This document shows, piece by piece, positions 30,844 to 40,389 of a stretch of 64,000 nt of DNA (position 1 is the first letter of the stretch; the number at the start of each line of letters is the position of its first letter). Made by a program: the position numbers and the translations under genes. This DNA is from an uncultured Nitrospiraceae bacterium (GTDB lineage Bacteria > Nitrospirota > Nitrospiria > Nitrospirales > Nitrospiraceae), in NCBI GenBank assembly GCA_963846575.1, contig CAWJWJ010000001.1, positions 1,088,001-1,152,000 on the forward strand, read 5' to 3'. The notes beneath the pieces were generated by a model, which was not told the origin of the DNA, searched no databases, and saw only the letters and a program-made list of their open reading frames with translations.

Positions 30844-31274
30844 GTCGTACCTCCCTCAGCAAATATTTCCTCACGGTCTGCTGTCGCCGCCCAGGCCCGT
30901 CGTTCTGCCGACTTTCCGACTCCTACCATTCGTACTGCCGTAGTCGTCCCAGCCAGTTGCAGGAACCACAACTGCATGAAGGTGAGAGCCCGGTCGAAGG
31001 AGGTGGCTTGTTGCGGAAAATCCTAGAGGCCGAGCAGCCATCCATGGCTCACTCCCTGCGCGCGTATTCTGAACCGCGCGACGTAGTCGAACTACAACGG
31101 ACAACCGACTGTGTGCTTCAGTTCCTCAATATGGTCCTGAGACGGGAGTATCCGCCGTAGAAAGTTCTCAGGACAATCCTTTACCACACAGAGTCTTTGC
31201 CGACGGGGGCGAGTCGGTTTACTAGACCCAGTTTGCCGGGATTGTTCGCTTCTACGGAATAGATCCGTAATGCT

Positions 31275-31358
31275 CTAAGCATTCGGATCCATCCAGATAC
31301 TGCCGGCCGCTACGAGCAGGAAGACGACGCCGATGAGCAGGAAAATGAGCGCGAGCAT
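31275..31358 (-). CDS. 27-aa single-TM micro-protein (not in the ORF track)
   Basis: AAGGAGGT-cacc-ATG, reading MLALIFLLIGVVFLLVAAGSIWMDPNA*. It lies downstream of a sigma-54 promoter. Confidence 0.65.
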   Translation of the reverse strand: MLALIFLLIGVVFLLVAAGSIWMDPNA

Positions 31359-31430
31359 GGTGACCTCCTTAATGCGCTGTTCTCCCATCGGTGTGCCCTC
31401 CTAGGGAAACATCCTATACCCGCCGAACCC

Positions 31431-31445
31431 GCAAGGGCTGTGCCA
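31431..31445 (-). promoter_or_regulatory. Sigma-54 promoter
   Basis: TGGCAC-AGCCC-TTGC is a perfect consensus match. Confidence 0.8.
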
Positions 31446-31562
31446 TGAAGGCACGTTCAGTTTGAAAGACGGAGGATGGAAAATACTTGTAGTGATAATA
31501 AGGACATGGGTATTGCCGTTTTCCCTTAGTCGGTAGATGCAAATATACGTACTCCGTCAGGG

Positions 31563-31602
31563 TGTATCCGATTGGATGCAGGGGCGTATCGGATTCGATA
31601 CG
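31563..31602. promoter_or_regulatory. Paired enhancer (UAS) sites, 22-bp period
   Basis: TGTATCCGATTGGATGCA-GGGG-CGTATCGGATTCGATACG. Confidence 0.7.
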
Positions 31603-31691
31603 GTGCTTGCTGTGATCTTTTCAAAATCGCCTGGGTCTTGGAGAAGCGAGATTCGAATAGCGAAGGAAGGAGGGATCACGCCGCGGGACTT

Positions 31692-31728
31692 AATAAAATG
31701 CCGCGCCTCCGTTGGCGGAGACGCGGCA
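31692..31728 (-). terminator. Intrinsic terminator
   Basis: Minus-strand hairpin TGCCGCGTCTCCG-CCAA-CGGAGGCGCGGCA followed by TTTTATT. Confidence 0.7.
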
Positions 31729-31909
31729 GATGGCATGGGTAGAAGGCGGCCCGATCAGCGCTGGATGGGCACAATCCAGGAGGCCGTGACCTGCGGTCGG
31801 TCGAGGGCTGGCAACCGGCGGCAGAAGACCGGCTCTACGCCATGCTGGGAACGTTTCCGTAACCAGTGGAGACTCATCCGTTGAAATCCTTGACCATGCC
31901 GTGAGAACC

Positions 31910-31925
31910 AGCAACTGCCGTGCCG
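31910..31925 (-). promoter_or_regulatory. Sigma-54 promoter
   Basis: CGGCAC-GGCAG-TTGCT, identical at 15 of 16 positions to the promoter at 10681-10696. Confidence 0.65.
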
Positions 31926-32055
31926 GTTTTGGATATGAAATGGGTCCATTGTGTGATCGTGAGAGCAACAAGCCACTGAACAGCCGCCGGGTGCAGTAGC
32001 GCTCTGCCTGTCGCAAGCCTGACACAGGCCTGTGAGGGGCTGCGTGCATTGGACC

Positions 32056-33444
32056 TCAGTAATTGAAGCGAAAGGAGAGGGAACCGACGTGAATCAGGGT
32101 ATCGTATCGACCGTTCACGGTCGGGTTCTGATTGCCGGCGACGGTGCGCACTTCGTAGATTCCGGCTTGATAGGACAGGTCGATCGCGAAGAGTTTCGGT
32201 TTGAGCGGTCCGACCCCTAAGTCCGCGCAGCGCAGGACTCCTAGCAAAAACCCGTTCGCATGGCAGGCCAGGCCTACTCCAATGGAGGGAACGTGCACGT
32301 TGGATGACGGCACCCCAGGGTTGAAGGTACGGTCCGGTATTTGCGCCTGCTGATTCATGTAGCCTCCGCGCAACGCGACCTCCCACTCGGGCATGGCATC
32401 CAGGTGGAGCCATTTGTATTCGGTGCCGACCATGAGGGTATAGGTACTCTGCCAATTTTGAGGGAGGGGGATCACGGCCCCGTTCGTCAGCTGGACATCC
32501 AGGTTCCGGTTGGATTTCCATCCGGTGTAGTCCAGATCGAGCTCCAGTTTCCATTCACGCTCGCCTGTCCGGACCGGCCAGACTGCAAAACCGCCCGAGA
32601 AGATTTGCGGCAACACAAACGTGGCCCTGGTTCCGGCGACCGATGCTCCATTGGCCAGCAGATTGCCGGTGAGATGGAGTGTGGCCTGACTGCGATAGAC
32701 CAGGCCGACGTTCACCACCGGTTGCCCGTCACTGTTCCGGAAGGGTGTGTACAGGAGACTGACATTGAACCCTGCCGTGGTATCGCTCCCGTTGAGTTCC
32801 ATCAGCGAGCCGGCAGGGATGCCCAGTCCACCGGGCCAGATGGATTTCTGCTCGAGGTGACCCTCTCCGAACAGGCCTGAGAATGTATAAATATCCGCGC
32901 CGAGGCCCACCGACAGCTGATCGTTCAGTTTGTAGGCAATGGTGGGTTTGATATCGAGTAATGGCATGGTCGTGAAGGTGAGGGCGGTCCGGAAGGGCCC
33001 GTCGTTCGGATACCGCGTCAGGGACCCGAAGGGATTGTTGAGGCCGATACCCGCGGTCAGATCTCCCAGAGCTGAGAAGCCGAGATCTTTCAGGTTGGCG
33101 ACGAGGTAGAGGTGGCCCGGAGGGGGCCAGGCCACGCTGCCATTGCGATCGCCCGTGACTTGCGCGCCGGTCGGACCGGTAAATCGGGTCGTGCCGCCGA
33201 TCAACGAGGTGCCGAACAGGTTCTGAAATCCATGGAGTTGCGTCATGCCCGCCGGATTGTAATGGAGGGCCGAGGGGTCGTCGGCTTGAGCCGTGAAGGC
33301 ATTGCCCATGGCGGCGGCGGCAGCCCCCTGCCCCTGCAGGCGAGGCGTTTGGCCCCGGGCGTTCGTCGCCATCGTGCAGAGGGCCGCTGCGGCCAGAATC
33401 AGCACCAGACCGCGGGTTCGTTGGCGGCGAGAAAAGACCTGCAT
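32056..33444 (-). CDS. OmpP1/FadL/TodX family outer-membrane channel
   Basis: AMGNAFTAQADDPSALHYNPAGM hatch motif, barrel strands, C-terminal aromatic residue. Confidence 0.9.
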   Translation of the reverse strand: MQVFSRRQRTRGLVLILAAAALCTMATNARGQTPRLQGQGAAAAAMGNAFTAQADDPSALHYNPAGMTQLHGFQNLFGTSLIGGTTRFTGPTGAQVTGDRNGSVAWPPPGHLYLVANLKDLGFSALGDLTAGIGLNNPFGSLTRYPNDGPFRTALTFTTMPLLDIKPTIAYKLNDQLSVGLGADIYTFSGLFGEGHLEQKSIWPGGLGIPAGSLMELNGSDTTAGFNVSLLYTPFRNSDGQPVVNVGLVYRSQATLHLTGNLLANGASVAGTRATFVLPQIFSGGFAVWPVRTGEREWKLELDLDYTGWKSNRNLDVQLTNGAVIPLPQNWQSTYTLMVGTEYKWLHLDAMPEWEVALRGGYMNQQAQIPDRTFNPGVPSSNVHVPSIGVGLACHANGFLLGVLRCADLGVGPLKPKLFAIDLSYQAGIYEVRTVAGNQNPTVNGRYDTLIHVGSLSFRFNY

Positions 33445-33447
33445 GCG

Positions 33448-36171
33448 TTAACGTCCCGGCGGCGATTCATCGGTTGCCGAATCGTGGCGGCCCTGCGTAA
33501 ACCAACGAGCGACGACGTCTCGCAATCGGACCGAGTCGAACGGCTTGAGCAGGTAGCCTTGTGCGCCGGCCTCCACCGCGGCCATCGCTCGATCCAATGC
33601 CTCCACCGCGGTCATCATGATCACCGGCAGCGTGGCCTGAGTGGTACGGAGCTGACGCAGCACCTCAAAACCATCCAGCTCGGGCAGTGCGATATCGAGC
33701 AGGATTCCATCGACCGGTGAGTCCGCCAGCAGGCGGAGCGCCGTGCGTCCATCGCCAGCCATACGGACTTCGAAGCCGTCCGATTCCAGCCGATCCCGCA
33801 GGAGATCGCGGATGTCTGAGTCGTCATCGACTACCAGGATCCGGGGGCGACCGGTCTGCGACGGTGCGGCGGCGATGGCGTCTCCCGGGTGAAGGGGAAG
33901 CGTAAATGAAAAGGTCGTGCCTTCCTGCAGCGTGCTTTCAACCGCGATGCTGCCTCCGTGCAACTCGACCAGATCCTTGACGATGGCCAGCCCCAGCCCC
34001 AGTCCCTTCGTATGGCTCCGCTCGTGCTGTTGGACGCGGAAAAAAGGATCGAACAGTTTTGGCAGGGCTTCGGGGGGAATGCCTTGACCGGTGTCGCGAA
34101 CGGCGACGTGCGCCATCTCACCGGAACTCGACAAGTCCACTGAGATATGTCCCTCGTCCGAGGTGTACTTGATCGCATTATCGATCAGGTTGGTCACAAT
34201 CTGGCTGAGCCGGTCGTGGTCCGCCCACACCCGCAGCGATGGATCCTGGCCGTTGAGGTCGACCCGCAGGTGTTTGACCGTGGCGAGGGGCCGCAGCTGT
34301 TCAATCACGTCGCTGACGAGGTCGGACAGAAAGACGGAATCGAAGGAGAGCACCATCTTCCCCGCCTCGACCCGCGACAGGTCGAGCAGATCGGTGATCA
34401 TGCGTGCCAGCCTGGTGCTGTTGGCTTTGATGCGGGTGAGATACTGCTCCTGTTTCATGTTGAGCGACCCGACGAGTCCCTCGATCATATTGTCCGCGAA
34501 CCCCACGATACTTGTGAGCGGAGTGCGCAACTCGTGTGAGACATGGGCCAGAAACTGGGATTTGAGGCGGTCCATTTGTTTCAGCCGGGCGTTAGCCGCT
34601 TCCAACTCCGCCGTGCGTTCCTGAACCCGGGCCTCCAGGCCGGCATTCAAGGCGGCAATCTCCCGGTAGGCATGTGCATTATCCAAGGCGATGGCGACCT
34701 GGCTGGCGAGCGTCACCAACACGTCAAGATCGTCTTGCGTGAGCGCCTGGTCGTGCGTGCGATCCACCGAGAGGGACCCGATGACGGCGTCTTGTGTTTT
34801 GAGGGGCACGGTGATGAAGGATTTGACTTGGGCCATGGACACCAGTTTTTGATTGAAGGGATGCAGGCGGTCCCACACCTCGCGAATGTTATTGGTCAGC
34901 ACCGGCTCGCCGCGCAACAGGACCCTCCCTTCGACACTGTCCGGGACGGTCACCGGCACCTCTTGAGTCCGGACTAATTCGGCCACCTCCTTCGGCACCC
35001 CACGGACGCGAAAGTCATGCGATACCTGCCGCACGCGATCGAACTGGGCGATCATGGCCCGATCGTAGTGCAGGTCCCGGACGATGGTATCCAGGACGTT
35101 GGTGAGCAGTTCTTCGCGATCGAAGGTGGAGCTGAACAAAAGTCCCGCGCGATGCAGCGTCGTCAGGTCGTTCACTTTCCGGCGCAGAGTGACGGCCGTG
35201 CTTTGCTGCTCGAGATAGGCCTCTCGCAACTCCTCATGCCGGGCGTCGACGGCTTGCTCCTGATCCTTAATAAGGCGTTGCAGAGGTTTTGCGGCCTGAC
35301 GGATGTACGCGGTGATCATCCACCACAGGAGCGACGCCGGCACGGCCGCGAGGCCGAGGGCCTCCAGCGCCGGCATGTCCGGCTGTCTGAGATGCAGATA
35401 GGTATAGGTGCCACCCGCCACGACTACCCACAGGGTGAGCGGTACCGAAGTGCGGAGCTGCGGCGTCCAGGTGAATTCCCACTCGCAGTACGGATCGCCC
35501 AATGCCGTGCAGGCCAGGTCCCTGACCGTGGCCGCCGGTGTGCCGTGCAGCTGGGTTTGCAGTCGGGCAATGCTGCTCTTACAAGACACGCAGATGACAT
35601 CGACGCATCGTTTGCGGTAGGGGCCGAACTGGACGAGGGCCCGGTCGGTAAAGGTCATTCGTAGGACCGCCGAGCGTCTGGTGACGCGGCCAACCTCGAA
35701 TTCCAACACGCCTCGTACATATTTGCTGCCGAAATGCGGCCACATTCTGTAGAGCTGTTGAGTCGAAAACGGCCGGGTCAGAATCTGAATGAGGGGCGGG
35801 ACCTTTTTTTCAGTTCCCACATGGACGTGAAACTCCGGATCGCCGGACAGCTGTTCGCAGAACTCTCGCAGGTAGCAGACGAACTCGTACGCATAGCTGT
35901 TCCAGGGATTCCTCAGGAAATCGGGCGTGACGTGATAGGTCTTGTCGGGCAGCCGGGCGTTCAACAACTGACAGAGGCGGTCCATGGCCTGCCGCGCGGC
36001 TTCGACGCCTGCGGTGCGGGTGAGGTAATCGCACATGTATTCGACGTTCGACTGGACGACGACCCCCGTGATGTCCGCGATTTTTTCCCCGCGATCGTCG
36101 AGGCCGAAGGGGCGGAATTCCATGAAGGGCCGCTCGAGGATGCTGTGCTCTTTGGACAAGAGTTCAGTCAT
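33448..36171 (-). CDS. Hybrid sensor kinase (V4R-like N-terminus-TM-GAF-HisKA-HATPase-REC)
   Basis: V4R-like C-x3-G-x3-C motif (ACTALGDPYCEWEFTW), GAF, SHELRTPL, NAIKYT, GLGLGLAI and a C-terminal REC. Confidence 0.88.
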   Translation of the reverse strand: MTELLSKEHSILERPFMEFRPFGLDDRGEKIADITGVVVQSNVEYMCDYLTRTAGVEAARQAMDRLCQLLNARLPDKTYHVTPDFLRNPWNSYAYEFVCYLREFCEQLSGDPEFHVHVGTEKKVPPLIQILTRPFSTQQLYRMWPHFGSKYVRGVLEFEVGRVTRRSAVLRMTFTDRALVQFGPYRKRCVDVICVSCKSSIARLQTQLHGTPAATVRDLACTALGDPYCEWEFTWTPQLRTSVPLTLWVVVAGGTYTYLHLRQPDMPALEALGLAAVPASLLWWMITAYIRQAAKPLQRLIKDQEQAVDARHEELREAYLEQQSTAVTLRRKVNDLTTLHRAGLLFSSTFDREELLTNVLDTIVRDLHYDRAMIAQFDRVRQVSHDFRVRGVPKEVAELVRTQEVPVTVPDSVEGRVLLRGEPVLTNNIREVWDRLHPFNQKLVSMAQVKSFITVPLKTQDAVIGSLSVDRTHDQALTQDDLDVLVTLASQVAIALDNAHAYREIAALNAGLEARVQERTAELEAANARLKQMDRLKSQFLAHVSHELRTPLTSIVGFADNMIEGLVGSLNMKQEQYLTRIKANSTRLARMITDLLDLSRVEAGKMVLSFDSVFLSDLVSDVIEQLRPLATVKHLRVDLNGQDPSLRVWADHDRLSQIVTNLIDNAIKYTSDEGHISVDLSSSGEMAHVAVRDTGQGIPPEALPKLFDPFFRVQQHERSHTKGLGLGLAIVKDLVELHGGSIAVESTLQEGTTFSFTLPLHPGDAIAAAPSQTGRPRILVVDDDSDIRDLLRDRLESDGFEVRMAGDGRTALRLLADSPVDGILLDIALPELDGFEVLRQLRTTQATLPVIMMTAVEALDRAMAAVEAGAQGYLLKPFDSVRLRDVVARWFTQGRHDSATDESPPGR

Positions 36172-36303
36172 ATGGAATCAACGTCTACGGACGGCTACCG
36201 GGCCTGGCGGGGACGGGCCTGCCGCGCGCGGTTCTTGTCATCCGATTGCACCCGCCGAACGGTGTGCGCTGGGCCGCCGGGTGCTATGCCTGCCGGGGTC
36301 GCG

Positions 36304-38037
36304 TTAATCAAGGTCGTGGCATGCAGGAGCATTACGCAGGACCAGGCGGTCCAAGTCACAAGTCTTCAGATATTCGATGATGGCCCATCGGTCCGCCACC
36401 GGCAATTCACAGCCCAGGGTGCCGTTCACCCTTGCGGCGGCCCCGCAAACCGAGCCTTGGAACTCGTGTCCCTGGTTGCTGTTGCCGGGTAGCTGGGTTT
36501 TGAATTCGAAGCCCGCCAGCGGATCGCGGTACGTCTGAGGCCCTGCACAGTCCGCTACGACAAATCCGACCTTCACCGGGTCAAACTCCATATTCGGGCT
36601 CAAATAGAAACAGCCCGGCCGCTCCTTGGCCGGGGAGAGCAGGGCGTACAGAGTGGGAACCGAGCCATTATGAAGAAACGGCGCGGTGGCCCATACGGCC
36701 AGATGCGGGCGGGCGATGTATCGTGGCTCGTTGCTCCACTTGTTCGTGCGATGATGGTAGTCGGGGTCGTTCTCGACACCGTTCACGGTCATCAATTCCG
36801 TGGTGACCCATTCAGAGGCATCTTTGGCCGACATCCGGCCTCGTCCGAGGCGTGTGAGATCGACCATGCGGTTGGAGAAATTCTCCAGATACAAATTATC
36901 CGTTCCCACTTCCCCCTGAGGAATCATCGTCACGTGGAGACTGGGGCCATCTGGATGAGCCTGTTCGATCGGTTTGGCAACATGGCAGTGGGCACAGAGG
37001 TTGGGAATTCCCTTGGTTTTGTTTCCGTGGTACAGGTCTCTGCCCCTGGCAGCCATGTCACGGTCGATGCGCGGGAAGGTGCCTGGCCATCTGGGCGGAT
37101 GCAGCCGTCTCGCAAGATTCTCCAGGGTCTTCAGCGCAGCGACATCGACCGAGGATCGAAACCTGTCGCTGTTGTCCTGAGGCATGTCCCGCGAGGTTCC
37201 CGTCCAGGCGAAGAGGCCGGCATTGACGCCGATGACCTGGGCGATATTCCTGGCGAGCGGATGTTGGATCGAGCCAGCCCACTGCACCCAGTCATATTCC
37301 CATACGCCCCACAGCGGCGGAATGCTCACCGGCGCGTTGGCGGGCCTGAGATTGTCCGGATTGAGGGGAGCGAAGACGGCATTGCCGCCGCGACCGAGCG
37401 CATCGAATCGTCCGGGGCCCCAGAGTGCCGGGGACGCATCCTTTCCTCCTCGAGTGACCAATTCTCCCACGACCTTGCCGACCTGTTTGGTTAGTCCGTC
37501 GATGTTGTCCTTGGTCGGTTCCTGCCCGCGGATTCTGAGTACCTGAGTCGCGAAGGCCATGAACTTACCGGGTGATTTCAATTCGCCCAGACTTTCCAAC
37601 AGGAGTTGCAGGAAGCGTTGGTTGTATTGCAGCGAGGAACCGCCCTCGATACGGATCTGGTTGCCTCGGTAGGTGAATTGCGTGGTGTGGCAAAAGGCAC
37701 AGGTCAGACCGACCTGCGGCTCTGACACGTTCGGACCTTCGGTTTTCGAAAATCCAATCGGAAGTCTGTCCGGATGGGCCGGGTCAGCCAGGATGCCGGT
37801 GCGGGCGAAACTATTCTTGAGCGGCTCAGTCTCCAGCGCGAGGAACCAATCATAGGGGATCAGTTGCGTACCCGCCGATGTGTGGTACCACTGCGTTCGG
37901 TCTTCCTCCGTCCAGCCTTGGATGACGGACTGGCTCTGTTGCCGGGACACCGGCAGCTCGACCGCCTGGCAATGTACGGTCGATAGCCCGCAGAGCAGTC
38001 CGACACAGGCAAGAACGCGTTGGAAGGTAGAGCGCAT
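36304..38037 (-). CDS. Exported di-heme cytochrome c (RoxA / cytochrome c peroxidase-like superfamily)
   Basis: Signal peptide, CAFCH and CAHCH heme motifs, GPGRFDA, WATAPFLHNGSVPTL, GNSNQGHEF. Confidence 0.85.
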   Translation of the reverse strand: MRSTFQRVLACVGLLCGLSTVHCQAVELPVSRQQSQSVIQGWTEEDRTQWYHTSAGTQLIPYDWFLALETEPLKNSFARTGILADPAHPDRLPIGFSKTEGPNVSEPQVGLTCAFCHTTQFTYRGNQIRIEGGSSLQYNQRFLQLLLESLGELKSPGKFMAFATQVLRIRGQEPTKDNIDGLTKQVGKVVGELVTRGGKDASPALWGPGRFDALGRGGNAVFAPLNPDNLRPANAPVSIPPLWGVWEYDWVQWAGSIQHPLARNIAQVIGVNAGLFAWTGTSRDMPQDNSDRFRSSVDVAALKTLENLARRLHPPRWPGTFPRIDRDMAARGRDLYHGNKTKGIPNLCAHCHVAKPIEQAHPDGPSLHVTMIPQGEVGTDNLYLENFSNRMVDLTRLGRGRMSAKDASEWVTTELMTVNGVENDPDYHHRTNKWSNEPRYIARPHLAVWATAPFLHNGSVPTLYALLSPAKERPGCFYLSPNMEFDPVKVGFVVADCAGPQTYRDPLAGFEFKTQLPGNSNQGHEFQGSVCGAAARVNGTLGCELPVADRWAIIEYLKTCDLDRLVLRNAPACHDLD

Positions 38038-38401
38038 GGTTCATCTCCTCAGGGTTGGCGAGACAATCCGGGCCTTCAAAGCAGGTCGCTCTGCCGGCCG
38101 GCCATGCAGGGTGCGCAGGAGGTTCATCTCCGTCTTCCCGACGGGAATGAGTTGGAGCGGAGGAAGGAGCAGTGATCCACCACTCACCTGGGGAAGCGGC
38201 CTACCTGCCATCTGCGAGGCGAAGGGTACCTGGATCGGCATGCGAATGCCATCGTTTTTTGAATGCACAGGAGCCCGGGCAAAAGGAACTTCTTCAAAAT
38301 GCCTGCAGAAGTCGGATGATTGCAGCAGCTCGAAGCGGCGGAGACGGAAGGCGGATCTGCGGAAAGAATGAACGGATTGCGCGACGAAGGATGACGGCCG
38401 G

Positions 38402-38917
38402 CTATTGGTGCAGATGTTTCATTGCGGCAGCGCAAAGGATGATAAAAAATCCCATCCACAAGGCCGCGCGCTGAAAGGGGATCGATTCGTAATGTTCGCC
38501 TTCTTCTTCCTCGTCCTGATCGGCTTTGAAAATGACGGTGTAGAGGAACAATGTCAGCAGGCCCAGGACCAGGATGAGCTTAATGGCGAAGATCCACAGA
38601 TACTTGGGATGATGCTGCACCGCCTGACCGGTTTGGGACACGAAGATCTGATTGACGTAATGCAGGTTGATGCCGCCGGTGAACAACAGCACCACCAGCA
38701 GCAGTCCAGCGACTCGCTTGTAGTGCTTGTAGAAAGCATCAGTGATCGGGCGGATGTATTCCTTCGGCAAGGCGCTCTCCCGCAGGCCTGGCGTGACCGC
38801 GAGCACGAGAAAGGCCAGCCCGCCGATCCAGATGACGGCCGACAGGAGGTGGAACCAATGATTGACGATCGGAATCAGCTGATTCAGATCAAGGAAGATG
38901 CTTTGTACGGAGTCCAT
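38402..38917 (-). CDS. CopD-like integral membrane protein
   Basis: WFHLLSAVIWIGGL motif and four TM helices. Confidence 0.7.
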   Translation of the reverse strand: MDSVQSIFLDLNQLIPIVNHWFHLLSAVIWIGGLAFLVLAVTPGLRESALPKEYIRPITDAFYKHYKRVAGLLLVVLLFTGGINLHYVNQIFVSQTGQAVQHHPKYLWIFAIKLILVLGLLTLFLYTVIFKADQDEEEEGEHYESIPFQRAALWMGFFIILCAAAMKHLHQ

Positions 38918-38988
38918 TATGGTTTGGTCAGGGGCGGACGGCGAACGCAGCTAGCGGCGACCGTAGGCAGTGTGTCTCGCCCGGTTTC

Positions 38989-40389
38989 CTAGTCCTTCCC
39001 TCGCATGTCGAAATTGAAGACCGGGGCATCGTTGCCGAAGCGCTTTTTCCTGAGTTCTTCCATCAGCTCCACGGTCACGAGCGCGATTCCGTTCTCACGG
39101 GCATGACGTTCCACACCCTTCTTGACCATGGCGCGGAGAAAATAGGGAATCCGGCTGAGCCGGAGCGCGGAGGGTTCGTCCCAGGCGATATCGGTTTCTT
39201 CCGGCGTGTTGAAAGCGACTTTGATTTTTTCCCCGCCCTTGGGAGTGTACAGGCACCATTGGTCTTCATCCAGCCAATCGCCATGATCGACATAGGGACG
39301 AGCCCGGCAACCGCCGCAAATGTCGGTGTATTCGCAATCTCCGCATTTCCCTTTGAGCTGGGGATAGCGGAAGGAGTTGAATACATCGGACCGTTCCCAG
39401 AGATCGGCGAAACTCGTCTCGCGAACATTGCCGGCCGACAACGGCATGTAAGGGCAAGGCGTCAGTTCTCCATTAGGAGTGACCCGCGCGTAGTTCGTAC
39501 CGGCCAGACAGCCGCCGCCCATATAACCCGTGGCTTTGGTGAGCGGCGAGTTGGGATCCTTTTCGTAGGCCAGGCGCTTGAAATGCGGCGCGCAGCGAGC
39601 CCGCACCAGCATGTCCTTGTATTGATCCTGACAATCCACGAGGTAACCCAAAACTTCCTCGTATTGCTGGGGCGTGATATCGGTCAGTTCCTCGCCCCGG
39701 CCGGTGCAGACCATGAAGAAGACGTTCAGGACCCGAGCGCCCAGCTTGTGGGCCCATTCCACCACGGCCGGCAGCTCCTGATAATTCATGGGCTGGGCGC
39801 TGAAGTGGACCTGGAATTGGAGGCCATTGCGCTTGCAGGCTTCAATGCCCGCCAAGGCGCTCTCGAACGCGCCCGCTACGCCGCGAAAGTGGTCGTGTTT
39901 CTGAGGATCGAGCGAATCGATGCTGATCCCCACGCCCATGACGCCGATTTCCACCAGCGTCTTGGCCATGCGGTCGTTGATCAGCATTCCGTTGGTGCCG
40001 AAGACCACGATAAAACCAAGCTTCACCGCGTGCCGGGCAATATCCAGAATGTCGGGACGCACGAGGGGCTCACCGCCGGTGATCACCAGCAGGCAGCCCT
40101 TGTTGACTTCCGCAATCTGGTCGATCAGACGGTAGCATTCTTCCGTGTCGAGTTCGTCCGACCCTCCGCCGGCTTTGGTCGTGGCATCGAGATAACAATG
40201 GTCGCACTTGAGATTGCAGCGCTTGGTGAGGTTCAACGCCACCAGGTAGGGCTTGAAGTCATCGACGGTCCGGCCATCGTTGGGTCCTACCGTCCGGCTG
40301 CCAGGGGTAAAGAATTGCGAGATCTGTTGCTGGAGGGATTCCAGCTTCTCCCCGATAGGGAAATTAATGACCGGAAGTGATTTTCCCAT
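38989..40389 (-). CDS. Radical SAM/SPASM protein (NirJ/Ahb-like) with C-terminal PCP_red domain
   Basis: CNLKCDHC, SPASM (GCLAG...PCPY...CGDC...CGGCRA), C-terminal W...RLSRIPYFLR. Confidence 0.85.
   Translation of the reverse strand: MGKSLPVINFPIGEKLESLQQQISQFFTPGSRTVGPNDGRTVDDFKPYLVALNLTKRCNLKCDHCYLDATTKAGGGSDELDTEECYRLIDQIAEVNKGCLLVITGGEPLVRPDILDIARHAVKLGFIVVFGTNGMLINDRMAKTLVEIGVMGVGISIDSLDPQKHDHFRGVAGAFESALAGIEACKRNGLQFQVHFSAQPMNYQELPAVVEWAHKLGARVLNVFFMVCTGRGEELTDITPQQYEEVLGYLVDCQDQYKDMLVRARCAPHFKRLAYEKDPNSPLTKATGYMGGGCLAGTNYARVTPNGELTPCPYMPLSAGNVRETSFADLWERSDVFNSFRYPQLKGKCGDCEYTDICGGCRARPYVDHGDWLDEDQWCLYTPKGGEKIKVAFNTPEETDIAWDEPSALRLSRIPYFLRAMVKKGVERHARENGIALVTVELMEELRKKRFGNDAPVFNFDMRGKD

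Noticed and set aside
30923..31045. Possible 40-aa ORF MDGCSASR...CSCGSCNW with a GGAG upstream
   Set aside because: No recognisable features and competing frames. It cannot be supported without conservation data.
38236..38252. Sigma-54-like TGGCAT...TGC upstream of the di-heme gene
   Set aside because: The GG-to-GC spacing is one base short of the strict requirement.
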